From positions 1 to 32,000 of the forward strand of contig JAJRZD010000063.1 in NCBI GenBank assembly GCA_024275415.1: a stretch of DNA of 32,000 bases, read 5' to 3'. This DNA comes from an archaeon. GTDB taxonomy: Archaea; Asgardarchaeota; Thorarchaeia; Thorarchaeales; Thorarchaeaceae. The notes below the pieces were generated by a model that had not been told where the DNA came from, made no database searches, and saw only the letters and a program-made list of their open reading frames with translations. A program made the translations under genes and the position numbers. Positions 8,833-18,800 of this stretch are shown piece after piece. Within the stretch, counting starts at the first letter, position 1; each line of letters begins with the position of its first letter.

Positions 8833-9882
8833 TTATCCGTACTTGATGCGTGGATCAAGCACACCGTATAGTAGATCTGCAATGAAATTCGCAAGGATAG
8901 CCGTAATCGCAATAATCATGAAAATCGCTTGGACAACGGGATAGTCCAAAATGACGAGGCTATCAAAGATATACCGTCCTAGACCGTACCAGTTGAATAC
9001 AGTTTCAGTCAGCGTTGCGCCATTGATGAGGAAACCAAAAGTCATTGCGATGATCGTGACCATAGGTAGCATTGCATTCTTCAGGCCGTGCTTGTATAGT
9101 ACTTGGTTTTCATCAAGTCCTTTTGCCCTTGCGGTCAAAATGTAGTCCTCAGTCATCACATCTATCAGATTATTTCTCATGTAGAGAAAATAACCTCCGT
9201 ACCCACCAACACCCAACGCAATCATTGGTAGGACAAGATGATGCATGATATTCCCAGCGATTATCAGTGTGCCTAGCGGATCGTTTTTCGCTTCGACCCA
9301 CACCTGATAGTCAATGGTCCCACTGAGCGGAAACGAGATGATATCGTTTGTCGCTGCAGGGATATAAAACGCAAATATCATCAAAAGCATCATACCCAAC
9401 CAAAAGATTGGAAGCGCGTAAATGAACAGTGCCACGGTTACCGCACTGACATCTTTTCGTGAGCCCGGGTCAGCTGCAACCTTAACACCGGTCCAGATGC
9501 CAAGAATAATGGATACGATGGATGATGTTCCCATCAATAGCAAGGTATTTGGAAGCCTTGCCATAATCTCATCCATTACAGGCTTCTGAGACACAAAAGA
9601 GATGCCGAAGTTGCCCGTAAACATATTTACGATGTAACGCCAGAACATGTAAATCCAATCAAAGATATCTGGATCAGGTACGAGTCCAAATCGCTCATAG
9701 AGCTGCTGGAGCGCATCTCGAGTGAGATTCCGTTTGAGCTCGTCACTAATCATGAGATCAACAGGGCTTACGCCAAAAACAAATGTGGGCAATCTAAAAA
9801 GGAAGAAATTGAAGCATACTACAGCTACTATGAGAAGGAACATGTAAATGCTTCTTCGAATGACATATTCTCTTAGTCCCAT
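8833..9882 (-). CDS. Peptide ABC transporter permease, OppB/DppB family
   Basis: GNFGISF, RLPNTLLL, EAA-loop DYILTARAKGL...HGLKNAMLP, DYPVVQ and ADLLYGVLDPRIKY. Confidence 0.95.
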   Translation of the reverse strand: MGLREYVIRRSIYMFLLIVAVVCFNFFLFRLPTFVFGVSPVDLMISDELKRNLTRDALQQLYERFGLVPDPDIFDWIYMFWRYIVNMFTGNFGISFVSQKPVMDEIMARLPNTLLLMGTSSIVSIILGIWTGVKVAADPGSRKDVSAVTVALFIYALPIFWLGMMLLMIFAFYIPAATNDIISFPLSGTIDYQVWVEAKNDPLGTLIIAGNIMHHLVLPMIALGVGGYGGYFLYMRNNLIDVMTEDYILTARAKGLDENQVLYKHGLKNAMLPMVTIIAMTFGFLINGATLTETVFNWYGLGRYIFDSLVILDYPVVQAIFMIIAITAILANFIADLLYGVLDPRIKYG

Positions 9883-10010
9883 TTGTCGAACTCTCCATTC
9901 GAGTACCTAGCGACACTAAGTACTGTAAGACAGTTCAGCATTTTGCCTTGCTACATATAAGGATAATGCTTCGGGTAGGCTAGTCGTTTTCCCGGAAAAA
10001 AAGTTGGTTA

Positions 10011-10047
10011 AAAGAAGAAAGGAGAAACGTGCCCCAAAAATGGGGCA
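10011..10047 (-). terminator. Hairpin TGCCCCA-N4-TGGGGCA plus U-rich tract after the second OppC gene
   Basis: 7-bp stem at 10030-10047, followed on the minus strand by TTTCTCCTTTCTTCTTTT. Confidence 0.6.
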
Positions 10048-10065
10048 GTCATCTCCAATGGTAAA

Positions 10066-11637
10066 CTATCGCTCTCTCAACCGTGGATTTAAGACCTGAT
10101 CCAAAGTATGCCCGACAAAGGTGAATGCCAAAGAGAGGATGGTAATCATCATCCCGGGAAAGACGACGACCCACCACGCACCTGCACTAAAGCCTCCTGT
10201 GCCTTGGGCATCCGCAAGCATCCTGCCCCAGCTGGGTTTGCTCGGGTCAGTCAACCCGAGGAATGAAAGACCCGATTCAGCAAGAATCGCACCAACAACA
10301 CCAAGCGTTATGTTCGCAAAGAGAATTGGTGTCACATTGGGTAGAACATGTCTGAAGATGATATAAGTGTCAGAAGCACCAATAGCACGGGCAGACTCCA
10401 CATATGCCTTGTTCTTCTCAGCCATGACCTGTGACCGGATCAACCGCGAGGTCCCAGTCCAGCCAAGAATCGCAATGACCACGATGATGGTTTCCTGGGC
10501 TTGTCCAAGGAACGCCGCGAGAACCATCATCAACGGCAGGCTTGGAATAACTAACAAAAAGTCGACAACTCGCATGAGCATCTCGTCCACTTTACCGCCA
10601 AAGTATCCTGCAATCAGACCAACTACGACGCCCACAGCAGTTGATAATGCAGTGGCAACAACACCAATAGTCAGAGAAACTTGAGCACCGTAGACCAGCT
10701 GACTCCATGCGTCAGCTCCCTTGTCAGTCGAGCCCAGTATCCCAAAGTAATTCCCGTATACGAGCATACTGACGCGCGCAAAAGTGACTGTGACCGAGCC
10801 TTCATATTCGTTCTCGGGATTAGAACCAAGGTAATTTCTGAAATTGTCAGTTGGTGCTAATCCTACGGCGACAGTCAGCTCATCGAGAGGATCCTCTTGG
10901 TTACCACTTTCATCAGTAATCATTCCACCCCAGCCTGCGGCCATATCGAAGTAGTTCAAGTCGATCCTCCTGCTCTGGAATTCTTCGTTATATGGTGGGA
11001 ATGACCTGTATATGCGCTGCCAGTTACCCGAGGAGTCAATCAACCACATGTAGACCTTGAACATCAGGCCTCCCTCTTCACGAGTTGCAAAATCGCCAGT
11101 CATTGTGACAGACAGCTCAAGTGTCATGTTCACATCACTGGGAAGCTTGTTGAAGCTCCAAGGAATATTCTGTTTAAAGTAGATGAAGCTGAGTGTATCA
11201 GGCATTTGCCCTGAAGGATCCAACAATCTCCAATCCATTTCTCCAGGTGAGTGATCCCATGTCAGATTAACATACCCTTCACCATCAGAATCGGTGTAGT
11301 GAACACCAGAAAACTCGTCACTTTTCGAACCAGTTTTCACAATTGTGTTCGCTTCTGCATTGTTTAGAAGTGGATCAGGCATGTATTCGCCGGTCGTCAC
11401 ACCAGTTGGGTCAAAAATCGACATCCATGAAGGGGCAAGGAAGCTTGGCGCCACCTTTGCAGTTGGAGAAGGGTCATGTGTTGCCAATATTGGTGCACCG
11501 AGTGCCATACCAACATAAAAGCCCAACACAAGTATACCAAGTATCCCAATCTTGTGTTTCCGGTACTCTCTCCAAAATCCACTTAAGCTTACGTACCAGT
11601 TGCTATCTTTCCATCCGCCTTTGCGACTATCAGACAC
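10066..11637 (-). CDS. Peptide ABC transporter permease, OppC/DppC family, with a large extracytoplasmic insertion (paralog 2)
   Basis: Same motifs as paralog 1. GTG at 11637 follows GGAGG; the longest-ORF start is 11667. Confidence 0.92.
   Translation of the reverse strand: MSDSRKGGWKDSNWYVSLSGFWREYRKHKIGILGILVLGFYVGMALGAPILATHDPSPTAKVAPSFLAPSWMSIFDPTGVTTGEYMPDPLLNNAEANTIVKTGSKSDEFSGVHYTDSDGEGYVNLTWDHSPGEMDWRLLDPSGQMPDTLSFIYFKQNIPWSFNKLPSDVNMTLELSVTMTGDFATREEGGLMFKVYMWLIDSSGNWQRIYRSFPPYNEEFQSRRIDLNYFDMAAGWGGMITDESGNQEDPLDELTVAVGLAPTDNFRNYLGSNPENEYEGSVTVTFARVSMLVYGNYFGILGSTDKGADAWSQLVYGAQVSLTIGVVATALSTAVGVVVGLIAGYFGGKVDEMLMRVVDFLLVIPSLPLMMVLAAFLGQAQETIIVVIAILGWTGTSRLIRSQVMAEKNKAYVESARAIGASDTYIIFRHVLPNVTPILFANITLGVVGAILAESGLSFLGLTDPSKPSWGRMLADAQGTGGFSAGAWWVVVFPGMMITILSLAFTFVGHTLDQVLNPRLRER
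10091..10197. repeat. Second copy of the 107-bp exact repeat (see 7101-7207)
   Basis: Base-by-base comparison. Confidence 0.9.
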
Positions 11638-11873
11638 GATAAGGCCTCCGTGTTCATGAACGACCATTGATTGTAACTTGTTTCCTGTCGCTCATATCAC
11701 TGATTCTTCTTGTGTTCACCTCAAGTTTCCACTAAAAAAAGTGTCTGTCAAGGCGGAAGTGCCGAAAAAACGCAGGATTCATGGTAGGCAAAGAAGGTTG
11801 TGCGAACTTGCCATGCGATTTTCTAATGTTTTGACGATTTACTATTGATACAAAGATCAGACTCAACGATCCC

Positions 11874-12218
11874 TCAACCCGAAGAAGACTCTGTTGAGTC
11901 GGTTTCGAGTGTATCGATGAAGGGATCAAACTCAGTGTCCTCGGTTCGCCCCTCCTCACCAAGTTCCTGCATACGCTTTTCTCGAGCTTTGATGATGTCC
12001 TTTGTTCGTTTTGAGGCAGCCCATAGATCTGCAAAGACCATGCCTACAAGAAACACTGTGAGGACTCCGGCTAGCGCGATGATTGAGCCAATAAAACGAA
12101 GGGACTCATGCAATAACCCAAGGCCCCATCCGCCAAATACCATGGCTGGAGGAATAAGTAGTATTCGCTTGCGGGGTTCCTTTCGTGTTTCAGGAAAAGA
12201 CCTTACTTTCAAAGCCAT
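11874..12218 (-). CDS. Small two-TM membrane protein with a basic/acidic cytoplasmic tail
   Basis: Two hydrophobic helices, then RTKDIIKAREKRMQE and an acidic C-terminus; lies inside the Opp locus. Confidence 0.7.
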   Translation of the reverse strand: MALKVRSFPETRKEPRKRILLIPPAMVFGGWGLGLLHESLRFIGSIIALAGVLTVFLVGMVFADLWAASKRTKDIIKAREKRMQELGEEGRTEDTEFDPFIDTLETDSTESSSG

Positions 12219-12527
12219 CTCAGTTCAATGCTTGTTCAACTGTCTTCCTTTTTACTATTTTCGAACTAGGCGGATTGCATAGCTCGTACAACAAGTACAT
12301 CATGCTGTCTAGTTTACAAAGGCATGCCAGATCGTATCGGAAATAGCACTATTATGTAAATTGCTTGTTCTGAGACACTTAAATCCGGTGCAAATAGTTT
12401 CCGGTAGCTTAGAGTACAAAATGTTGCGTGCTTGTGCAGAAACGTATTTAAGATGCACAACGACAGCGAAAGCCGAAAGGGGTATGATGGAACCCCATAC
12501 ATTTGTGCTCATTTGGAGTGTACGTCT

Positions 12528-13517
12528 ATGAATCTGCTTGATATACGGAATCTACGGATGTTCTATCAGACACAGAAAGGTCTGGTAAAGGCCGTAGACA
12601 ACGTTTCACTACAGTTGGATGTCGGCGAGTCCATAGGCCTTGCAGGAGAAAGTGGTTGCGGTAAAAGCTCCCTCGCGTATTCAATCATGCAGCTTTTGCC
12701 ACCCGCCGCCAACATCGTCGGTGGAAACATCTACTTCAAGGGACAAGACTTGCTTAGAAAATCCGCCAGAGAAATGCGAGACATTAGATGGAAGAACGTA
12801 GCAATAGTCTTTCAGGGTGCGATGAATGCTCTCAATCCCGTCTTCGAGATTGGAGAGCAGATTGCTGAAGCAATCCTCATGCATGAGAACGTGACTGAAG
12901 AAGAAGCGCTAGACCGTTGTTCCAAGTTGTTCGAGATGGTCGGTTTGGATCCCGGAAGGATTCACAACTATCCTCACGAGTTCTCTGGTGGAATGCGTCA
13001 GCGTGCGATGATTGCCATGGCACTTGCCTGCAACCCAGACTTGGTGATTGCAGACGAACCCACGACAGCGCTTGATGTTACAATCCAAGCTCAAATCCTT
13101 AAACTCATGCAAAAACTTCAGAAAGATCTTGGACTGTCATTGATTTTAATCACTCACGACCTATCAGTGATTGCTGAAACTTGTGATAAGACAGCGATCA
13201 TGTATGCAGGTAGGATAGCCGAGCTTGCGGATGTTGTTTCCGTGTTCAAGGAACCAATCCACCCATATGCGACAGGTCTTGTCGGTGCAATTCCAAGCAT
13301 GGTAAAAGCTGAAAAGATGAAACTGACCTCGATTCCAGGTTCGCCCCCTGATCTTATCGATCCACCTACTGGATGTAGATTCCATCCAAGATGCCCCTAC
13401 GCAGAGGACATATGTTCAAGAGAAGAACCATCGTTCGATGAAATAGATCCAGGTAGATTCGTATCATGTCACTTCCATGAACGGCTACGAGGAGAACTGA
13501 CAGTAGATCTTGAATAG
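12528..13517 (+). CDS. Peptide ABC transporter ATP-binding protein, OppD/DppD family
   Basis: Walker A GESGCGKS, signature FSGGMRQR, Walker B IADEPT, and C-terminal GCRFHPRC...VSCH. Start at MNLLDI follows GGAG. Confidence 0.95.
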   Translation: MNLLDIRNLRMFYQTQKGLVKAVDNVSLQLDVGESIGLAGESGCGKSSLAYSIMQLLPPAANIVGGNIYFKGQDLLRKSAREMRDIRWKNVAIVFQGAMNALNPVFEIGEQIAEAILMHENVTEEEALDRCSKLFEMVGLDPGRIHNYPHEFSGGMRQRAMIAMALACNPDLVIADEPTTALDVTIQAQILKLMQKLQKDLGLSLILITHDLSVIAETCDKTAIMYAGRIAELADVVSVFKEPIHPYATGLVGAIPSMVKAEKMKLTSIPGSPPDLIDPPTGCRFHPRCPYAEDICSREEPSFDEIDPGRFVSCHFHERLRGELTVDLE

Positions 13518-13530
13518 GAGGTAGAAAAAA

Positions 13531-14589
13531 ATGACAACTGATCAATATAGACTTGAACAGTCCACAGATATTGCGGAAGGAGAACCATTAATTCAAGTGC
13601 GAAACATGCGAAAATGGTTTCCAGTCAACACAGGATTTCTCTCCTCCCTACTGTACAAACAAGAGCTTTTCGTGAAAGCAGTTGATGGCGTAACATTTGA
13701 TGTCATCAAGGGAGAGGTTCTTGTTCTTGCAGGCGAATCCGGATGTGGAAAGACCACAACGGGTAGATGTATATTGAACCTTGAAATCCCCACTGATGGA
13801 AAAGTAGTCTATGCGGGATATGACCTCAGTACACTCGACAGGAATGAGATGAAAGAACTGCGAAAAAGAATGCAAATCACATTTCAGGATCCATACGAGT
13901 CACTGAACCCCAAACAAAGTATCGCGAGCATAGTTGAAGAACCCCTTACTGTACACAAAATACCTCTATCTCCGAGTCAAAGGAGAGAACGCGTTCTTGA
14001 AGCACTTGAAAGTGTTGCATTGACACCAGCGGAGGATTACATCGACAGATATCCACACGAGCTTTCTGGCGGACAGCGACAGAGGATTTCGGTAGCTCGA
14101 GCACTCATCCTTCACCCAGAGTTCATGGTTGCTGATGAGCCTGTTTCGATGCTGGATGTGTCGATTCGTGCAGAAATCCTGAACCTACTTCTTCAACTCA
14201 GAAAAGAGTTAGGGCTGACCTATCTCTTCATCACACATGACCTGGCAGTTGCCACATATATCGCTGATAGAATCGGCATCATGTACCTTGGTAAGATCGT
14301 CGAGATGGGACCGGCTCATGATGTGGCTTTTGACCCACAGCACCCATACACTCGTGCGCTAATCTCAGCTGTACCTTCTGGAGATCCAACTGTGAAACGA
14401 AGGGTGGAGTCACTGAAAGGAGAGCCACCGAGCCCAATCAATGTGCCAACTGGTTGCAGGTTCCATCCACGATGTCCATATGCTCAGGAAATCTGTGTGA
14501 GGGAGATCCCTGAAGATAGAGACATGGGTAACAATCACTATGTGGCATGTCACTTTGCTGGAGAGTTGGGTGACGCGCCCAGTCAGTAA
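13531..14589 (+). CDS. Peptide ABC transporter ATP-binding protein, OppF/DppF family
   Basis: GESGCGKT, LSGGQRQR, VADEPVSMLDVS, and GCRFHPRC...VACH. Confidence 0.95.
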   Translation: MTTDQYRLEQSTDIAEGEPLIQVRNMRKWFPVNTGFLSSLLYKQELFVKAVDGVTFDVIKGEVLVLAGESGCGKTTTGRCILNLEIPTDGKVVYAGYDLSTLDRNEMKELRKRMQITFQDPYESLNPKQSIASIVEEPLTVHKIPLSPSQRRERVLEALESVALTPAEDYIDRYPHELSGGQRQRISVARALILHPEFMVADEPVSMLDVSIRAEILNLLLQLRKELGLTYLFITHDLAVATYIADRIGIMYLGKIVEMGPAHDVAFDPQHPYTRALISAVPSGDPTVKRRVESLKGEPPSPINVPTGCRFHPRCPYAQEICVREIPEDRDMGNNHYVACHFAGELGDAPSQ

Positions 14590-14600
14590 CACAACAATGC

Positions 14601-14639
14601 TGGGACAGGCTAGCCCCTGTCCCATACGCTTTCTTTTTT
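14601..14639 (+). terminator. Hairpin TGGGACAGG-N6-CCTGTCCCA plus U-tract after oppF
   Basis: 9-bp stem at 14601-14624, followed by TTTCTTTTTT. Confidence 0.7.
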
Positions 14640-14661
14640 CAGTCAATTCCACTGAGGTGTT

Positions 14662-15102
14662 ATGTTGAAAGAACAATCTGACAGACAAAGAGTATTGGGG
14701 GCTATCAAAACCTGTTTATCGAACGCATACGATAAAATACAGGATGCCATGGATGCTCTAGATGCCATTGGAGACGGATCCTTAGGAGCAGGAATGACTA
14801 CTATCATAGGGGGTTATGCTATGCCTAACCCCAAAGAGAATTATCGTTCTGCATTGATTGATATCGATTCTGCAGAAAAGGCATTGAAGCCGCTAATCCG
14901 CCGTTTCAATGATGGTCGGGTCAATCGGGAACATTTTGCTGATGATGAGGCAGTAACCCTGATGACAGATATCGCCGGATTCGAGTATGACATCCTTATT
15001 ATGAAACTTAAGAATAAGACAGGTAGAGAAAGCGTTTGGTATCGATTGCGAGACCTCTCCATAAAAATCGAAAAGGTCTACAGGTTAGTTTCCAGAGAGT
15101 GA
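14662..15102 (+). CDS. Hypothetical all-helical protein
   Basis: ATG preceded by GAGGTG; amphipathic helical composition; no family recognised. Confidence 0.7.
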   Translation: MLKEQSDRQRVLGAIKTCLSNAYDKIQDAMDALDAIGDGSLGAGMTTIIGGYAMPNPKENYRSALIDIDSAEKALKPLIRRFNDGRVNREHFADDEAVTLMTDIAGFEYDILIMKLKNKTGRESVWYRLRDLSIKIEKVYRLVSRE

Positions 15103-15194
15103 ATACTCGCCAAAAATTCTATTCTTTGAAAAAGGTAATAACCAGTCAGTATGGATACAGCATGTAGGACACTACTACCTCAGAGGGGTCTATC

Positions 15195-15860
15195 ATGAGC
15201 GCAAAGGCACTACGGCAAATAGAAAAACAACTCCACAGAGCGATTTCCCTCCTGATGCATACTCAGGACACCCTATTTCGAATAACGGAATCATTGCGGC
15301 CGACCGAACAAGCGCTCATAAGAAAGGAATTCGAAACAAAGACAGTAGTAGACCGAGGGGAGTCCAAAGTCGTCCTGTGTCTTGAGGAGGAGCTAGCTAG
15401 TTCAAAGGCATTCAAAAAGGCCCTTTCAAAGATTGGGAAGCGGAAGCCCACTCTTGTTAGGATTCCGGAAAAAAGTGATTCCCATCTGACGAATCTGACC
15501 ATCGCAAGAATGATACCCTCTGATGTACTTGCCAGTGAGAACGGATCGGTAGTCATAGCCAACATCCAAAAGGAGAAGATGCTGAAACACCTTGAGGACA
15601 AAAAAGCTGTCATCATTGGGACACGGTATCTTCTTGATGACAAGAGCACTATTGGGAAGCTCTCGGAGTCCTTTGTGGAGAAGAACATGACTGTCTACAC
15701 CGACAACGGACTCAACGGTGGGGGACAATTGACCTATGAACTCGTCAGGACACTTGAGCACAGGCTAAATACCTCTGTGGTAGAGATTACCCTCAGTTGT
15801 TCGGTCGCAGAGAATTCCGGAATGCTTGAGAAAGTTCTACAGAGCCTTCTTTCTCTATAG
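15195..15860 (+). CDS. Hypothetical protein, possibly a degenerate N-formylglutamate amidohydrolase-like fold
   Basis: C-terminal DNGLNGGGQLT...VVEITL loosely recalls the N-x-Y-x-GG-x-IT...E-I segment of that fold. This is weak and pattern-based. The stop abuts the next gene. Confidence 0.55.
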   Translation: MSAKALRQIEKQLHRAISLLMHTQDTLFRITESLRPTEQALIRKEFETKTVVDRGESKVVLCLEEELASSKAFKKALSKIGKRKPTLVRIPEKSDSHLTNLTIARMIPSDVLASENGSVVIANIQKEKMLKHLEDKKAVIIGTRYLLDDKSTIGKLSESFVEKNMTVYTDNGLNGGGQLTYELVRTLEHRLNTSVVEITLSCSVAENSGMLEKVLQSLLSL

Positions 15861-18800
15861 GTGATGCTATTGACTAGTGACTCCTCGATGAAGGAAATGA
15901 ACCTTCCATTTCCTCACGGTATCGAAGTGGAGCTTCAGATCATTAGAAGGGATGGCTCATGGATAAGGGGCGAAGAGATACTGGCTATCTTTGACAGACT
16001 GGTATCAAATGCAATATCACTATTGGACAAGAAAATCAGGAAGTCCTTCGTACCATCAGTCAAAAAGAAGTTTCGACATGCCACACAAACCGAGGAAGGC
16101 GAACGGGGCTCCCGAGTCGTTGCAACATATGAAGACCCCAATGGAGAAATCAAAGAGTTCACATTGGTCGGGCATGATCCTAATGTGACAAGTCTCACAT
16201 GGATCCTTGAGATTGCAACACCACCTTGTACGACTCTGGAAGAACTAGCGTGGTGGGTTCAGACACTCATTGCAATCTCATACGAGTCACTCCCAAAGGA
16301 CGCGAATGCCACATTAATATCTACGGGGCTCAATCCTGCACAGGAGTATTTGAAGAATCTCTCTTTCGGAGAGCACCATCACATTCTTGGGCCAGATACC
16401 TCAGAGAGGGTACGAATAGGAGTATACAATCTGATTCGCAACTTCATCCCACATATCATCGCCCTTACAGTGAACTCGCCATTCGAAAACAAAAGGACGA
16501 CAGACGAAGTGTGGGTCGATGACAAAGGCAAGACACGGGCACCCAAGTGCAAGAGGTCGATCAGACTTTTCAGGAACACGACCCAGCTGGGCCCGATAAA
16601 TGAGTTTGAATTCATCCCCCACTTGAAAGATGCTGATGTTGAGGGTTTTGCACGCCATGTCAATAGAAGCTATGCAAGGATGGTTGACCTCTATCCCTTC
16701 ACTCGCTTGAGCACAATCGAGCTGAGAGTATCTGATACCCAGATCTCAGTTCCTAGGCGAGTCGGTATGGCATTGCTACTACAGGCACTTGCCCTTAAGG
16801 CAAAAAAGATGGTCGAAAATGGCATCGATATCCCAGAAGTGGAGGCTGCGTCGCTGGCATCGAACCGAGAAGCTGCAGTTGAGGCAGGACTCTGGGGGCC
16901 TTTCAGGGTAACAAAGACTGATCCAAAGTCCGAGTTCGCCAAGATATATAATATGAGGGTCAACGACGATGGAACCATTGACGAAAAACGGAAAAATCGT
17001 TTCCTAGGCGATGCAGTGAATTCTATGCTGTTCCTGATACGTGATGAGCTTGAGGAAATTGGCTTCATTGACAATCCGTTCGTGCAGCCGTTGTTGGTGT
17101 CAATCTATGGCAGCGAATTTGTTGCTCCCCGTACGACAGGAGCTGACTTCCAGCTTGATGTATACGCAAAGTCAGACCTGAACCTTGTAGTTCTTCTACG
17201 AAGGCTGACAGAAATAACACGTGAGTGTTGTATCAATTGGCTCTACGACCCACTTGAAGGAACCCCACACCTACCTACATGGTTATGCTGGTGGAAAGGC
17301 GTCGAGCCAGAAATAGTAACTGAGAAAGAGCGAATCTTTGCGGGTCAGAAAGCACATGTGTCAATCTCTATCCGGAACGTCCTTGAAAAAGATTTAGTGG
17401 ATCTGACACTCACCTATACGATTGAGGACGCAGACCGGCATGTCGTGGAACGCAATCTAGTTCCCATCATGAGGATAGAATCGGGTGAGATTTTTGTAGA
17501 ACATATTGAATTCGAAACCTCGAAAGGAGTGCCGGCATACAACATCCTTGCCACGGTAGGGTTGGCGGGGCAAGAGATTCATGTTTCAGGGACAATCCAG
17601 ACCTTTTGGACAAAGGCTACAATCAGACCCACTACGACAACAATCTTCGCTGACGGGGCTACACAGATACCTTTCACGGGTGAGATTGAAACAAGTTTCC
17701 CTGACACGGAATTCTTAGCAGCGAAAGTGAGTGTTGTGTCACCTGGGCGAGAGAAAGTCCTTGCAGAGGTTGAACAGCCACTGTCAGTTGAACCTGGAGG
17801 AGTCATCTCATTCAAGAATGAAGACTTCCCACCCCTAGTGGTGCCTGATGATTTTTCTGAGGGCGTTGAGAGATGCATCCTGAGGATCAGTCTCTCAGAT
17901 TCAGACGGGGAAGAGGTCACTGCGAACACATCTCGACCGTTCTATATCGGGTTTGTGCGAAGGGGACCAAAGATAATATTGGATGCGGACATAAAGGAGT
18001 CGTATAGACCGAGAGAGAAGATAATAGGAAATATCGAGTTGAAAACTAGTGGACAAGCCATAGAAAAAGACGCCACGGCTTCGATCGTGTTCGTTGCGGA
18101 TTCTGGGAGACGACACCCGATTACAACAATTCCGATTGAGGAACTGGCAAAGGGGCCAAAATACTTTGAGTGGACGGTTCCCGCAATTCACTCAGAGAAC
18201 ACCTCAGAACGGACTGGTGTGCTGCGTGTGGACTTGCTCAACGCATCAGAGGTCATAAGCTCGACTCAGTCAAAACGGTTCAAGTTAGAACACATCGGTG
18301 TCAGGATGAGCATCGATTCTCTTCGTATCCCGACCGCCACAGAGATTGGAGGGAAAATCACAGGATGGCTCCGGATACGACGGAACACGGAATCAGGAGA
18401 AAAAGCGATACTCGACTTGATCTTCAAATATCCCGATGGAGCAGAAATCCACGCATTCTCGCAGTCTATAAGACAAAGTCGCAATCTATCGGTGGCATTC
18501 GGACCAATCGAAGTCCCTGAGCCGCCATCCGGTAAGAAGTTTGACCAAGTGGATCTTGAAGCTAGGCTGTCTTATGGAGGATCTGTAATAGATACAAGGA
18601 CTGAAAGTCTAAGGTTAGACGGGAAAGACGAACCGCATATGGTGCGAATATCCTTTTCTGGACTTCCCACTTTCGTTACTCCTGACGAAACACTACATGC
18701 CACCATACATGTCACAAATCTGTCCAGAGAGGAGATGCCATGTATGCTTGCCGTACAGCTCGATACTGTAAAAGGGCCAATTCCTATCTGGCAAAAGGAG

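Noticed and set aside
7101-10431. Exact repeats as a sign of a mobile element or CRISPR array
   Set aside because: They lie inside paralogous permease coding sequences at a constant offset, with no transposase, terminal inverted repeats or spacer pattern.
12285-12322. Loose similarity of the opp divergent promoter (GTACAACAAGTAC...TAGTTTAC) to the 21885-21910 region
   Set aside because: The alignment needs several gaps and lacks the ATGTAGT/ACTACAT palindrome, so it is not distinguishable from chance in AT-rich DNA.
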